64,000 bases of DNA. Origin: Eledone cirrhosa. Its lineage: Eukaryota. Made by a program: the position numbers and the translations under genes. The stretch covers positions 212,536,001 through 212,600,000 of the forward strand of contig OZ024740.1 in the NCBI GenBank assembly GCA_964016885.1, written 5' to 3'. The notes below the pieces were generated by a model. The model searched no databases, was not told the DNA's origin, and saw nothing but the letters and a program-made list of their open reading frames with translations. Of the stretch, positions 38,911 to 51,174 are shown piece by piece. The stretch's first letter is position 1; every line of letters starts with the position of its first letter.

Positions 38911-40460
38911 GAGAGTCATATTGATGTAATAATATCGCCAGAATGAATAACAGAACACACTCACTGTTTGGTTGGTTTTTGCTTCTGTATCTTTTATATC
39001 AGTTAATTTATTCGGTCTTCAATGTTCACCATTGACTGACCAACGGTCAAAAAATACAGATATAATATAGACACAAACACATATATATAGTCTAACAAAG
39101 TTCTTTCGTTGCACAACTGCAACATCGTCACTGGTGTTATTATGTTCCTCCTGTTGTATTGTATATCTACGCCATTTTTATTTAATCTCTTTATTTATTT
39201 ATTTATTTATTTTTGTCTTCTCTGCACATGCGCTTGCGTGTGTGTATAGTGTTTGGTGTGTGTTCGCGTTTAGGTGACTGTGTTTTGGTTATTGTATTCT
39301 ATCTTAGTTTACTAGTGTGTGTTTATATGTGTTTGTTGTTATTGTGCTTGTGTATATATTTATTTATTTATTTATTTATATTTCTCTTAAGTCAGTATTG
39401 TTTGTTTGGGTGTTGTTATTCCATTCATTTTTTTTCTGTTTAACTTTGGCCTTCTAAGTTCTATTTCACTTGCCTCTCTGATTTGCCTATCTGCTGGATC
39501 ATTTCTATGTTTAGATATTATTTCAATTTCTATGTTGTCTCTGTTGCCGTCATGTTGTTGTCTGCCGTGTTTGTATAGTACTGAACCGGTTTTCGTCCTT
39601 TTAGTTCCCCCCAGTGTTGGTCTATCTCTTCACCTATGCTACGAGCTGCCTCACCTATGTATGTTGCTCTCATGTTTCTGCAAGTACCCTCCGTACATCT
39701 TATGCTATAGACTACGTTTCTAGTTTTACAGTTTATCCGGGAGTTCACTTTACATATAATACATTTCCTATTAGTACAGTGGGTTTTCTTAAAAGGGTAT
39801 GTTTTGCTGATCAGGGATTTTATGGTAGTTCCTGGCTTTTCTACCACCTTAATCTTTAAGTGGGTCTTTCTCAGGTCCTTTCTACACGGGTTAGCTAATT
39901 TCCCTCCAGAGGTAGTTTCCACGAACATGACACTCTGGTATCTCTGGTTGTCGTACCATGAGGTGGCTTTCCCTATCTTATGTTTAGTCCTATCTAAGCT
40001 ATTCTATGATTTGCTCCTGTATAATGGGAAAACTCCTTTCATGTCCAGTTCTATAAGGGTCTTATACTTCTCCGTGGCTCCTTCGTATACTCTGATTCTG
40101 TCTCTTTGGTTGTAGCCAGAGAATTACATGCGATTGATGAAGTGTTGGATGTGTCTTTCCATTTCTGCTGTGTCGCACATGCGGGACACGTTCTTCATCA
40201 CTCGTACCAAGTCTGCGATCAGAATATTAAACTTAGCACTACTGGACATTGCTGAGTTTTTGACTATCAGGTATTTGGAGGCCATGGGTTTAGCGTAGTG
40301 TGAGTGGAGAATTTGGGCCCTCTCGTCTATAGTGTTAATCCAGAGTTCCGTGTCTAATACAGGTAGTCTACTGTTAGGGTGTTTGGAAGGGTAGTCGATA
40401 GTTACAGTTATACTCTGGTGTATGGAATTAGCTATCTGCTGAATGCTTTCCATTGTGCTA
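38905..40460 (-). mobile_element. Penelope-like element of a second clade (possibly Nematis), RT C-terminus + GIY-YIG, with degenerate HHR at 39090-39135
   Basis: ITVTIDYPSKHPNSRLPVLD, HYAKPMAS, SGY; CTNRKCIIC..NCKTRNVVYSIRC..YIGEAARS. Confidence 0.85.
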
Positions 40461-40509
40461 CATTCTAAATCATACTTGTTAGTACTCTCTTCTACTCTCT
40501 CTCTCTATA

Positions 40510-40562
<53 letters not shown>

Positions 40563-41095
40563 TGTTTAATTTTGATATAATATAATAGTATAATTTGCTC
40601 AAATATAACCAAATACAATAGCTAAAATTTCATGGTATTTAATTGATCGCTTCTACCTGACTTAATATTTGAAAAGAACGCATCATGTCCCTTTCTTCTT
40701 TCTTTCTTTTTTTATCTCTTTTCCTTATGTAGTATATTCTATCATCTCTATCTCCTTTTCCCTTCTTTTTATCTTCATCATTTTATATTTTTCCATTTTC
40801 TCTTCTATTTAGCATTCTCTCTCTCTCTTGTCTTTTCTCTAACACGAATATTTACAGATGTAAATATTTAAATCTTTAACATTTATATACTTATGTGTTT
40901 ATTTATTTATTTATTCTATACTTTCTCCTACTCACCCACTCCTATTACTTATATCTCGCTACTTATCCCTCTCCATCATATTTAGTTTGTCACACTATTA
41001 CTTGTGGTATATAAATATTGAGTTTTGTTGTAATAAATCACTGCCAAGACTGGAATTGAACCATCAGCACAGTTGAGATATGTCATACATCAATT

Positions 41096-41168
41096 TATGT
41101 ATTTTATCTGATGAGGACGTACTGAAAAAAGCAGCACAGTACCTCCGAAATATATATAATAAAACATA
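41096..41168 (+). ncRNA. Minimal type I hammerhead ribozyme in a solo pLTR (~40560-41312)
   Basis: TATGTATTTTAT-CTGATGA-GGAcGTACTG..CAGTACcTCC-GAAA-TATATATA-ATAAAACATA; canonical core. Confidence 0.82.
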
Positions 41169-41312
41169 TATTTTGATTATGTGAATATATCCATTTATTA
41201 ATATTTTGAATAATATTAATTACTCCAGAAAACTTCCTTGTTGAGTGCTTTTAATCTATTGTAAAACTATATTCATTGAATAATCAATGAACCTTGTTTA
41301 ACATTTGGTTAC

Positions 41313-41373
<61 letters not shown>

Positions 41374-41709
41374 CATATGTGATTTTTCCCTGTTTTATTG
41401 ATAGCGCACTGTATCTCTCTCTAGTGTGTTACCTTTTCAACATATTGTATTTTAAAGAGCTCAAGATTTCTTCTCCTTTGAGCACATTATTTACAGGGAA
41501 TAGCGAGAGTCTATGCCTCCGTTAATTTATCGTTAATTTATCGTAATATATATATACCGGATTTGTTAGTCACCTGGTTTTACAAGGACATTTTGAGAGA
41601 AAAAAGAATTCTAGTTCTAGTTCATTTCTTCATAAATTTATAAAAAATTATTTCATTGTGTTTTTCAGAAACTCTTATATAAGTTTGATATCATTTTCCT
41701 GATGCATAT

Positions 41710-43670
41710 TGAATTGTATTTGTGCATGAATAATACTAATACGTACTAAGTTGTATTGTATTAGTGCATTAGTAATACTAATACGTACTAAGTTGTATTG
41801 TATTAGTGTATTAGTAATACTAATACGTACTAAGTTGTATTGTATTACTGTATCAGTAATCCTAATACGTACTAAGTTGTATTGCATTAATGTATTAGTA
41901 ATACTAATACGTACTAAATTGTATTGCATTAATGTATTAGTAATCCTAATACGTACTAAGTTGTATTGTATTACTGTATCAGTAATCCTAATACGTACTA
42001 AGTTGTATTGTATTAATGTATTAGTAATACTAATACGTACTAAATTGTATTGTATTACTGTATTAGTAATACTAATATGTACTAAATTGTATTGTATTAC
42101 TGTACTAAATTGTATTTTATTACTGCATTAGTAATACTAATACATACTTAATTGTATTGTATTAATGTATTAGTAATACTAATACGTACTAAATTGTATT
42201 GTATTAGTTGTATTATATTATATTAATATTATAGTATACTAAGTTGTATTATATAGTACTAAGTTGTATTATATTAGTGCATTAGGGCGGTGGATTGGCA
42301 GTATTGGTAGAGGGTCGGACGCTATGAGTTACGGCCCTTGTCATTCTGAGTTCAAATCCCGCCGAGGTTAACTTTGCCTTTCATCCTTACGGGGTCGATA
42401 AAATAAAGTACCAGTAATGCACTGGTAATTGCTGGCCTTGTGCCCAAAGTAGAAACAATTATATTAGTGCATTAGTAATACTAATTCGTACTAAATTGTA
42501 TTGTATTACTGTATTAGTAATACTAATTCGTACTAAATTGTATTGTATTACTGTATTAGTAATACTAATTCGTACTAAATTGTATTGTATTAGTGCATTA
42601 GTAATACTAATTCGTACTAAATTGTATTGTATTACTGTATTAGTAATACTAATACGTACTAAATTGTATTGTATTAGTGCATTAGTAATACTAATTCGTA
42701 CTAAATTGTATTGTATTACTGTATTAGTAATACTAATACGTACTAAATTGTATTGTATTACTGTATTAGTAAAACTAATACGTACTAAATTGTATTGTAT
42801 TACTGTATTAGTAATACTAATACGTACTAAATTGTATTGTATTACTGTATTAGTAAAACTAATACGTACTAAATTGTATTGTATTACTGTATTAGTAATA
42901 CTAATTCGTACTAAATTGTATTGTATTACTGTATTAGTAAAACTAATACGTACTAAATTGTATTGTATTACTGTATTAGTAATACTAATACGTACTAAAT
43001 TGTATTGTATTATTGTATTAGTAAAACTAATACGTACTAAATTGTATTGTATTACTGTATTAGTAATACTAATACGTACTAAATTGTATTGTATTAGTGC
43101 ATTAGTAAAACTAATACGTACTAAATTGTATTGTATTAGTGCATTAGTAATCCTAATACGTACTAAATTGTATTGTATTATTGTATTAGTAATACTAATA
43201 CGTACTAAATTGTATTGTATTACTGTAATACTAATACGTACTAAATTGTATTGTATTACTGTATTAGTAAAACTAATACGTACTAAATTGTATTGTATTA
43301 GTGCATTAGTAATACTAATACGTACTAAATTGTATTGTATTACTGTAATACTAATACGTACTAAATTGTATTGTATTAGTGCATTAGTAAAACTAATACG
43401 TACTAAATTGTATTGTATTAGTGCATTAGTAAAACTAATACGTACTAAATTGTATTGTATTAGTGCATTAGTAATCCTAATACGTACTAAATTGTATTGT
43501 ATTAGTGCATTAGTAATATTAATACGTACTAAATTGTATTGTATTACTGTAATACTAATACGTACTAAATTGTATTGTATTAGTAATACTAATACGTACT
43601 AAATTGTATTGTATTACTGTAATACTAATACGTGCTAAATTGTATTGCTGTATTAGCAATACTAATAGTA
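41710..43670 (+). repeat. 42-bp AT-rich satellite (TACTAAATTGTATTGTATTACTGTATTAGTAATACTAATACG), about 40 units
   Basis: Direct tandem repeats; translation repeats every 14 aa. Confidence 0.95.
42286..42460 (+). mobile_element. Full-length tRNA-SINE inserted in the 42-bp satellite
   Basis: GGCGGTGGATTGGCAG head; ~18-bp TSD ATTATATTAGTGCATTAG (42268-42285, 42458-42475). Confidence 0.9.
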
Positions 43671-43879
43671 ATACAAATTAAATTTTTAAACAATGATTGT
43701 CCTCACCCAACGTTCGGCCTCCCATTGGTGATATGGACGTACTGGACACAGAGAAGATCCCTTTATGTCTTTATATATATATTATACTGGCAGCAGGACC
43801 CGGCGTTGCACGGGGTAGGAAACGTGAAATAGCAACACGCATATGCAAAGATTGAGGAATGTAGCTGTGTACTTTTTGA

Positions 43880-44580
43880 ATTCCCTTATTCTCAGGGAAT
43901 AATTGTTCATCTACTGTAAACGTGGAACACCAACAGGCCGAATCCAGTAGTAGCAGTGTCAGTGGGCTGATTGCGGAAATCCTGTATGCGAAAGGAGTAA
44001 GTGTTGTGGAGCGATGTATGTCATAAGTCTGTTCACGAATTACGTCACGGATGGGGAACACACGTCAGTCTGAAGGAGCGACCTAGTCAATTGTGTGAAA
44101 ACCAAGTAGGGATGTACGTTTAAGTAGGGATATTGAGATGACGAAATCAGCGTGACAACGCAGCTGCAGCAGAAGGGGGTCATAGTGCAATTAGCACAAA
44201 CGCTGGGCGGCACTGGAAAGTGCGGCGTAGTCCCAAATTTAGTGTCAGGGACTGTTCTCCGTAGGTCGGAATATGTGAGTGATTCACCGCCTGGAGCCAG
44301 GCTGGTGTCTCTCTCCTTTTTCCAGGAACGCAGGAAACCAGGATGATGCTCACTTCAGCACCGGTGTCGACAAGGAAACGCGTGCCTGTGACGCGATCCT
44401 GTATGAAAAATAGGCGACTTTGGTTATGAGGGCCAGAAACGTCTGTCGCATTCAGTTTCTGGCTGTGTCGTTTCCCTGATTTGTTTTCGAAACAAATGAA
44501 CAGGGATGGCTGCACTTTTGCGCTCGTCTCCCGAATCTTTGGTGGTACCAACACATTGCTGGTGAATCTCGAGATGCGCT
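43880..44580 (-). mobile_element. Ty3/Gypsy LTR retrotransposon relic (aspartic protease region)
   Basis: SRLFFIQDRVTGTRFLVDTGAEVSII..LQAVN..IPTYGEQSLTLNLGLRRTF. Confidence 0.8.
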
Positions 44581-44589
44581 GGGACTTCT

Positions 44590-45290
44590 TAAGCGACCAC
44601 CAAATCGGCGAGTTCAGCTGTTGGACCGCCTATGGAGTGTCAGAGGTATATCCCTGAAAACAAAAGTTGCAGTTTATGGTGCAGTGATACTGACTACACT
44701 CTTATATGGCTCAGAGTCGTGGGCACTTTACCGCACTCACATACATAAGCTGTATGACTTCCACAAATGCTGTCTTTCCTCTGTCTGTGGATATGCATTT
44801 TCTGATAGTCTCCAATGCCGAACTATTCACAAGGTGCAACATTGGTGGGATTGAGTCATTTCTGATGAAATCCCAACTCAGATGGGCTGGTCATGTTCTA
44901 CGGGTGTCTGAGGACCGCACACCTAAGGTACTGTTAACTCCAGGATGGTATGCAGAGTGTGGGTAGGTTACTACTCCGATATAAGGACAAACTGAAGTAC
45001 AATCTTAAGTCTGTCAACGTACCTCTTTCTTCGTTTGAAACCATGACTTCCAACCGTAAAAGATGGAGAACCGTTTGTCACGAAGTAAGAAATCTCGTTA
45101 AGTCCACCCCTTTGAGACAAGATCTTACACCAGAGTCTGGTCAGGCATTCCAGCCTGCCCTGTTCAAGATCCTGTCACCTGCCCCAAATGCCGATTGATG
45201 TGTAAATGAGCAGCTGGATTGAAGTGCTATTTGAGGCATAGACATAAAACAAAGAACTGAAAAGACTGTCGAATCGACGGGATAGTCCAC

Positions 45291-45292
<2 letters not shown>
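44590..45292 (+). mobile_element. RTE (BovB-like) 3' fragment
   Basis: RLWSVRGISLKTKVAVYGAVILTTLLYGSESW, QLRWAGHVLR, RYKDKLK, terminal C2H2 remnant. Confidence 0.85.
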
Positions 45293-45355
<63 letters not shown>

Positions 45356-45391
45356 GATATTAAACAAATGGAAACTACATTTATAAAACCA

Positions 45392-45466
45392 TATTTATTT
45401 CATTATATATATTTCAGGGATATCATATTAAAAATATGGTATGCCCTCTTCAGACAAAATACAATA
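45392..45466 (-). ncRNA. Minimal type I hammerhead ribozyme in a Penelope pLTR (45353-~45925)
   Basis: Reverse complement: CUGAAGA-GGGcAUACCAUAU..AUAUGAUAUcCCU-GAAA-UAUAUAUA. Confidence 0.75.
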
Positions 45467-46391
45467 TATAAACAGTTTTATAAATAAATTTGACATACCT
45501 TAAAAAATTTTACAACTTCCATTTAAAAAGTTGTTATGGTAGTGAGAATGTTAAGGACAGTTAGAAAGAAAGACGGAGAAAAAAGAAAAAGAAGGAAGAA
45601 AAAAAGAAAAAGAAAGAGCGGAAGGTGAAGAAGATGAAGAAATGCATGTAAAGAGAAAAACACCAAATGAGAGATTTATGATGGAAGGGGGTACTGTAAT
45701 TATTTATTTATTTATTTATATTTAGTGCTAAGGATACGGGGAGAAATAAAAACAAAGATAAATAAGGAGAGGTAGATCGAGTAATATCTATTATACGAGG
45801 TGGGAGAGATAGGGGAGAGGTGAGATACAGGAGATAGAGTTAAAGCAGCCGATACATAAGTCCCGTCAAGCGTAGAGGGGGGAGGAGAGGAGATATACCC
45901 AGAAATAAAAATGATAGTTTTCAAATATTATGTTTCATCAGTCTATCAATTCCTATGAATTATAGTGCAAATATCAATATTCATGAATGAGACACATATC
46001 AATAATGTGTGAAAAAACAATGACCATATGCCTAGTTTAAAAATTCTTAGGTTTACAATCAAAATCTGAGATAAAACCTCAAAAAAACACTGAAATACAC
46101 AAGTATATATGTATCTTCATGAAAAAAGAGAAAAAGAAAAAAAGAGAAAGAGAAAGAGAGAAGGTTATCTCAAATTGACATTATAGACACATGTGAGTTT
46201 ACGTGATCAGCTCTGTAAATTCCTATTTCACATGAAAATCTTCATTGCGCTAAAAAAGATTTTACCATACATATATGTACACACATATACATACACACAT
46301 AAAATATACATTATATAGACTGATAATTGCAATTGTATGTAAATATTTTATGTTTATATTGTTTATTTATTTTATGTTTTCTATTATGTAT

Positions 46392-46579
46392 AATTGTTTC
46401 TACTTTTGGCACAAGGCCAGCAAATACCCAGTACATTACTGGTACTTTATTTTATCGACCCCGTAAGGATGAAAGGCAAAGTTAACCTCGGCGGGATTTG
46501 AACTCAGACCGTAAAGGAACGTAACTATACTGGAAAGCATGGCGTCCGACTCTCTACTGATACTGCCAATCCACCGCCA
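46392..46579 (-). mobile_element. Full-length tRNA-SINE
   Basis: Reverse complement begins GGCGGTGGATTGGCAG; flanked by a TATTATGTATAAT duplication. Confidence 0.88.
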
Positions 46580-46831
46580 TTATTATGTATAATATTATGT
46601 ATAATATTATGTATTATATATTATGTATAATATATTGATTTAATATTGATTGTTTTTTGTTGTTGTTTATATTAAAAGTCTGAAAATATTGTTATACATC
46701 TTACACTAATATTTATAAGATCATTTATAATAACAATTATATAATCTAATTACATTACAACGATAATTTATTATTAATATATATCATGATTAACTAGAGT
46801 TATTACAAGCGTTGCCTTAAAACAATATTAA

Positions 46832-47167
46832 ACTAGACATGAAAAATGCGCAAGCTCAAAAGAGCCACAGAATGTTATAATAAACCTTCAAAAGTGTGGG
46901 ACTAGAGTTGTTACTCAAAAATATTGTAATCATTATCTATCGTAGATTCTGTGGCATCCTCTATTAAAATATCATAATAAATACATCTATGTTTAATGTA
47001 ATAACATCTATAAATAATTACGTAATATTATTAAACAGATGTATTTATTGTGATATTTTTATAAAAGGATGCCACAGAGTGTACGATAGATAATGATTAC
47101 AATATTTTTGAAGGTTTATTATAACATTCTGTGGCTCTTTTGAGCTTGCGCATTTTTCATGTCTAGT
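46832..47167. mobile_element. Fold-back / MITE-like palindrome (~150-bp arms)
   Basis: ACTAGACATGAAAAATGCGCAAGCTCAAAAGAGCCACAGAATG... is matched by its reverse complement ending CATGTCTAGT at 47167; left arm has a ~25-bp insert. Confidence 0.8.
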
Positions 47168-47189
47168 ATATATATATATATATATATAT

Positions 47190-47303
47190 AAGTTGAAAAA
47201 AATGAAAACGAAATTTCATTTCTCACTCTTAGTATGGCACTTACTTAAATGTAAGTATGTATGTATACGTACATACATATATGTATACAGACGTACAGTA
47301 GCA

Positions 47304-47310
<7 letters not shown>
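47190..47310 (-). mobile_element. 3'-terminal fragment of the ~474-bp retrozyme-like unit
   Basis: Reverse complement of 34935-35063, with one short deletion and the same terminus. Confidence 0.85.
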
Positions 47311-47362
<52 letters not shown>

Positions 47363-48117
47363 GCGGTTGCGCATTTCTAATGCTTTTCAAAAATAATTTT
47401 GAGATAGAGCGTCCGTGATGTTTGCTCTAATCTGTATATATAATATATATTAGAAAGATCGAGTATCGAAAAATCGGCGCACGAGTTCACGATAAACAAG
47501 ATTCGAAATGAGCGGCAGAGGGCTCAATAATTCAGATGAATCAGAGCTATAACTATCGTTAAAATACCGTCACATATAGAACAAGTCTACAATCAACCAT
47601 ACGATAAAAAATCGATAAAGGAAGATTCGGGACAAACAGATAAAAAATATCAATAAAACAATACGTCAATAATTTAAATGAATGTAAAATCATACCCGGA
47701 CCCACTAGACAGGTGTTAAATCTAGCTTCATGGGTTTCTGTAAATCCTTAGACTGTACTCTATCAGCTCACATATAAATATAAAAGCCTACTAGAGCAAG
47801 CGGAACGGAGTTTTACTTTCTCAACGAGCTTTTTTCCTGGCGGTAGAGGGGCCAACTACCAGTGAAAAACGCACATGGCATTAGACAAGGGAGATAACCC
47901 CTATATCCGCGAAAACAATTCGAGGGAATGTGGAAATACACATATCGAATTAGAGTGCTCAATAGACATGTTAAAATAAAACAAAAGCTATTCATCACTC
48001 AATAGAATCGACAAAAAATGAGCAATAAAATTAACTGGTGGATAGCTATGTCCAGAGCTAAATATATTAGAAAGATCGAGTATCGAAAAATCGGCGCACG
48101 AGTTCACGATAAACAAG

Positions 48118-48168
<51 letters not shown>

Positions 48169-48339
48169 GGTGTTGGATGCTTAAAGCGTCCGTTTGCGGT
48201 AGGCCGTATGAGCACTCGATGCTTTCATAGAGCAGAGTATGATATCACAGAAAAAAAGAGAATCAGTGTTGCAACGAATGGAATTTATTGGACATATTAC
48301 AATCGTTTCTCTGGCGACCAGCTATGTGCCTATATAAGA

Positions 48340-48660
48340 AGGTGGATTGGCAGTATCGGTAGAGGGTCGGACGCCATGCTTTGCAGCATAGAGTTACGGC
48401 CGCTGCCATTCTGAGTTCAAATCCCGCCGAGGTTAACTTTGCCTTTCATCATTACGGGGTCGATAAAATAAAGTACCAGTAATACACTGGGTTATTGCTG
48501 GCCTTGTGCCAAAAAGTAGAAACAATTATTAGTTCATTCTGAGTTCAAATCCCGCCGAGGTTAACTTTGCTTTTCATCTTCACGGGGTCGATAAAATAAA
48601 GTACCAGTAATGCACTGAGTATTTGCTGGCCTTGTGCCAAAAGTAGAAACAATTATTATT
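48340..48660 (+). mobile_element. tRNA-SINE plus tandem 3'-half duplicate
   Basis: Full copy 48340-48530, partial copy 48535-48660. Confidence 0.85.
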
Positions 48661-48713
48661 AGTATCGCAAGGTCCTCAGATACGTCTTAGGAAAATCGGC
48701 TTCGTAGAATCAA

Positions 48714-48809
48714 GACGTATCTGAGGACCTTGCGATTTTCAGAGTCAGGTTCGATCATCACATCAATCGTGCCTCGAGCTGGTCGCCAGAGAAATGATTG
48801 TAATATGTC
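48714..48809 (+). ncRNA. Hammerhead ribozyme with long stem II loop
   Basis: GACGTAT-CTGAGGA-cCTTGCGA-(~47 nt)-TCGCCAGa-GAAAT-GATT-GTA-ATATGTC. Confidence 0.6.
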
Positions 48810-48851
48810 CAATAAATTCCATTCGTCGCAACACTGATTCTCTTTTTTTCT

Positions 48852-48892
<41 letters not shown>

Positions 48893-48898
48893 TAATAA

Positions 48899-49172
48899 AA
48901 ATTGTTTCTACTTTTGGCACAAGGCCAGCAATTAACCAATGCATTACTGGTACTTTATTTTATCGACCCGGTAAGGATGAAAGGCAAAGTTAACTTCGGC
49001 GGGATTTGAACTCAGAATGAACTAATAATGGTTTCTTATATAGGCACAAGGCTAGCAATTTTGGGGAGGGGAAACTCGATTAAATCGACCCAGTGCATAC
49101 TGGTACTTTATTTTACCGACCCATAAGGTTGAAAGGCAAAGTTAACCTCGGCGGGATTTGAACTCAGAATGA
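48899..49172 (-). mobile_element. Two tandem 5'-truncated tRNA-SINE copies
   Basis: Family body and tail occur twice, both ending at the same point (CTCAGAATGAACTAATAAT). Confidence 0.8.
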
Positions 49173-49399
49173 ACTAATAATAATAATAAAAAGGACGAAG
49201 TGATAGATCTTCATTACGTTTATTGTGGTGTGACGCGCGTTTCTCACATTCACACACACACACGTACACCTACACGCATACACAAACACCACCTTCAGGC
49301 CTCCCCGCTCGCCCCCCCCCCCCCTCGATATATTTCGGCCAGTGTTGGCCAAGGCCTTGTCTAACTTAATATACCACCACCATATATATTATTATTATT

Positions 49400-50022
49400 A
49401 TCATTGAGGACAGTGAGAATCTGCATTCCCAGGACTGGAATGTGGTGACACCTGGGGTGCGTAATCGGGGATAGGACCGTCTCATCAAAACTGCCTGGGA
49501 AGACTGGTCCGGGGTAGATTTGGAGCTCCTTCTCCAAATCAAACCGGAACGGCTAACAAATAACCAGGATCATCAAGAAGGTCACTGGGGCGGGAAGATG
49601 CAGCGTTGTTTCGTTTGCGACGAAACAACACATCTGTGAGCATTCAGTTTAAAAAAGCAGAGCTGCGCAAACTTCTACTGCTACAAATACCAGTGCCGGG
49701 ACGCAAAACCTCATCACCAGCAACGCCGTCACTGCCAGCAGCAACCGTAAAAGTAACAGCACCAACACCAGCAACAGCAGCAGCAATAACACCAACAAGG
49801 ACCACCAAAACCACGCAGTAAGTCGCCCAAACAAGCTCCCTCTTCCTCTCTTTCAAACATACATACAGACGTGAGGCGCAGCGTCGTATCAAAACCACGA
49901 ATCGGTCATTGACGGACCTAGATGAACGCGTGCTGAACGATTCCAGGCAGATGTGTGCGGCCTTTCGCCGCCAGCACTTTGCTCGGCTGTTCGGGAGAAG
50001 CGGGGGGGGGGGGGTCGGCAGC
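49400..50022 (+). mobile_element. L1/Tx1 fragments (putative ORF1 piece joined to ORF2 linker)
   Basis: 49900-50015 encodes LTDLDERVLNDSRQMCAAF..HFARLFGRSGGG, homologous to the 1395..1589 ORF; upstream RCFVC knuckle remnant. Confidence 0.55.
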
Positions 50023-51137
50023 AAACCTCAGTTCCTACTTCGATAACATCAATAAATAAAATAAACACCTAAACATATATAGCAAACAAGAAAGGAGACA
50101 AGCACATGGACAATTCCCGCTTATCGGCTGTCTTTTAGGGATCAATATAGTTTCGGATATTCCAAAGACGAGGCTATTCACCAACAGTCCATCAATAGCA
50201 TCTAATGATAGCTGTTCGTGACGAAAACAAAGCGGAAGTTGGACAAAAACCAGGATGAAATATCTACTTACAGATATGGAACCGGAAAAAGCAACACACA
50301 AACTTTGGTAGGTAACCACGAAAGGAATAAAGAAATTATTTAAATACAAGTTGGAGTGATAAACCTAGAGTTAATATTAATGCGCTTAAGAGACGCGGTG
50401 AAATGAACTGAGTGGGTCATCGATCAAATTTCAATAGATTGAGACAGCTTGGAAGGGTATATAAATAGGTGTGGGTGTATACTTGTACATACATACGAAC
50501 GAACATACACACGCATGCATGCATGCATGCATGCATACATACATACATACATACATACATACATACATACATACATACATACATACATACATACATACAT
50601 ACATACATACATACACATATATATACACACACAGGCCGGCATCGATGTTTGATGAGGTTGAAAAGTTGTGGTTGTTAATCTCCCTAGGTAATAAAATCTG
50701 GAGCCAAATTTCTCTCCCTACCCCCAAAACATAAATCAAGTTAACATCCTTAAATATAAAAGCATGCATATATAAAATATATAAATGTATAGCTATATAC
50801 ATACGTAAATGTATGTATGTATATATGTATGTATGTTTGTATATAAGTATGTATATATGTATGTACCTCCCCAATTTCTCTAATACCCCGTCCTTTATCA
50901 CACCCCTAGATTCCTATCGCTTTCTCTTGATCATTAACATCCTCTCTTCCAACTAATACATGCCGACTATATATGCTCACTCCACATTTCCCTTCACTGC
51001 TCTGTATACACACAAACACACCCTTTATATTAACATACTGTTGCTCATGGCTTCGTACTTACATGCACACACACACACTCTTTTACTCACATATACACAC
51101 ACTTTTCTTCTTAGCTTCGTACGGACGTATAATAACA

Positions 51138-51174
<37 letters not shown>

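Larger units (their letters stand above)
48241..48858. mobile_element. Palindromic HHR-bearing pLTR-like element with the left arm interrupted by SINEs
   Basis: 48241-48323 is inverted at 48777-48858, and 48664-48688 is inverted at 48712-48736. Confidence 0.75.

Noticed and set aside
42496-43602. 368-aa LVILIRTKLYCITV repeat ORF
   Set aside because: Open frame of the 42-bp satellite.
43786-43818. Helentron/HINE-like end ACTGGCAGCAGGACCCGGCGTTGCACGGG
   Set aside because: Only one short terminus with no partner end found; too little to call.
47950-48012. Minus-strand GTGATGA-ATAG..CTATT-GAGCAC hammerhead-like motif
   Set aside because: Both core boxes deviate from consensus and there is no stem I.
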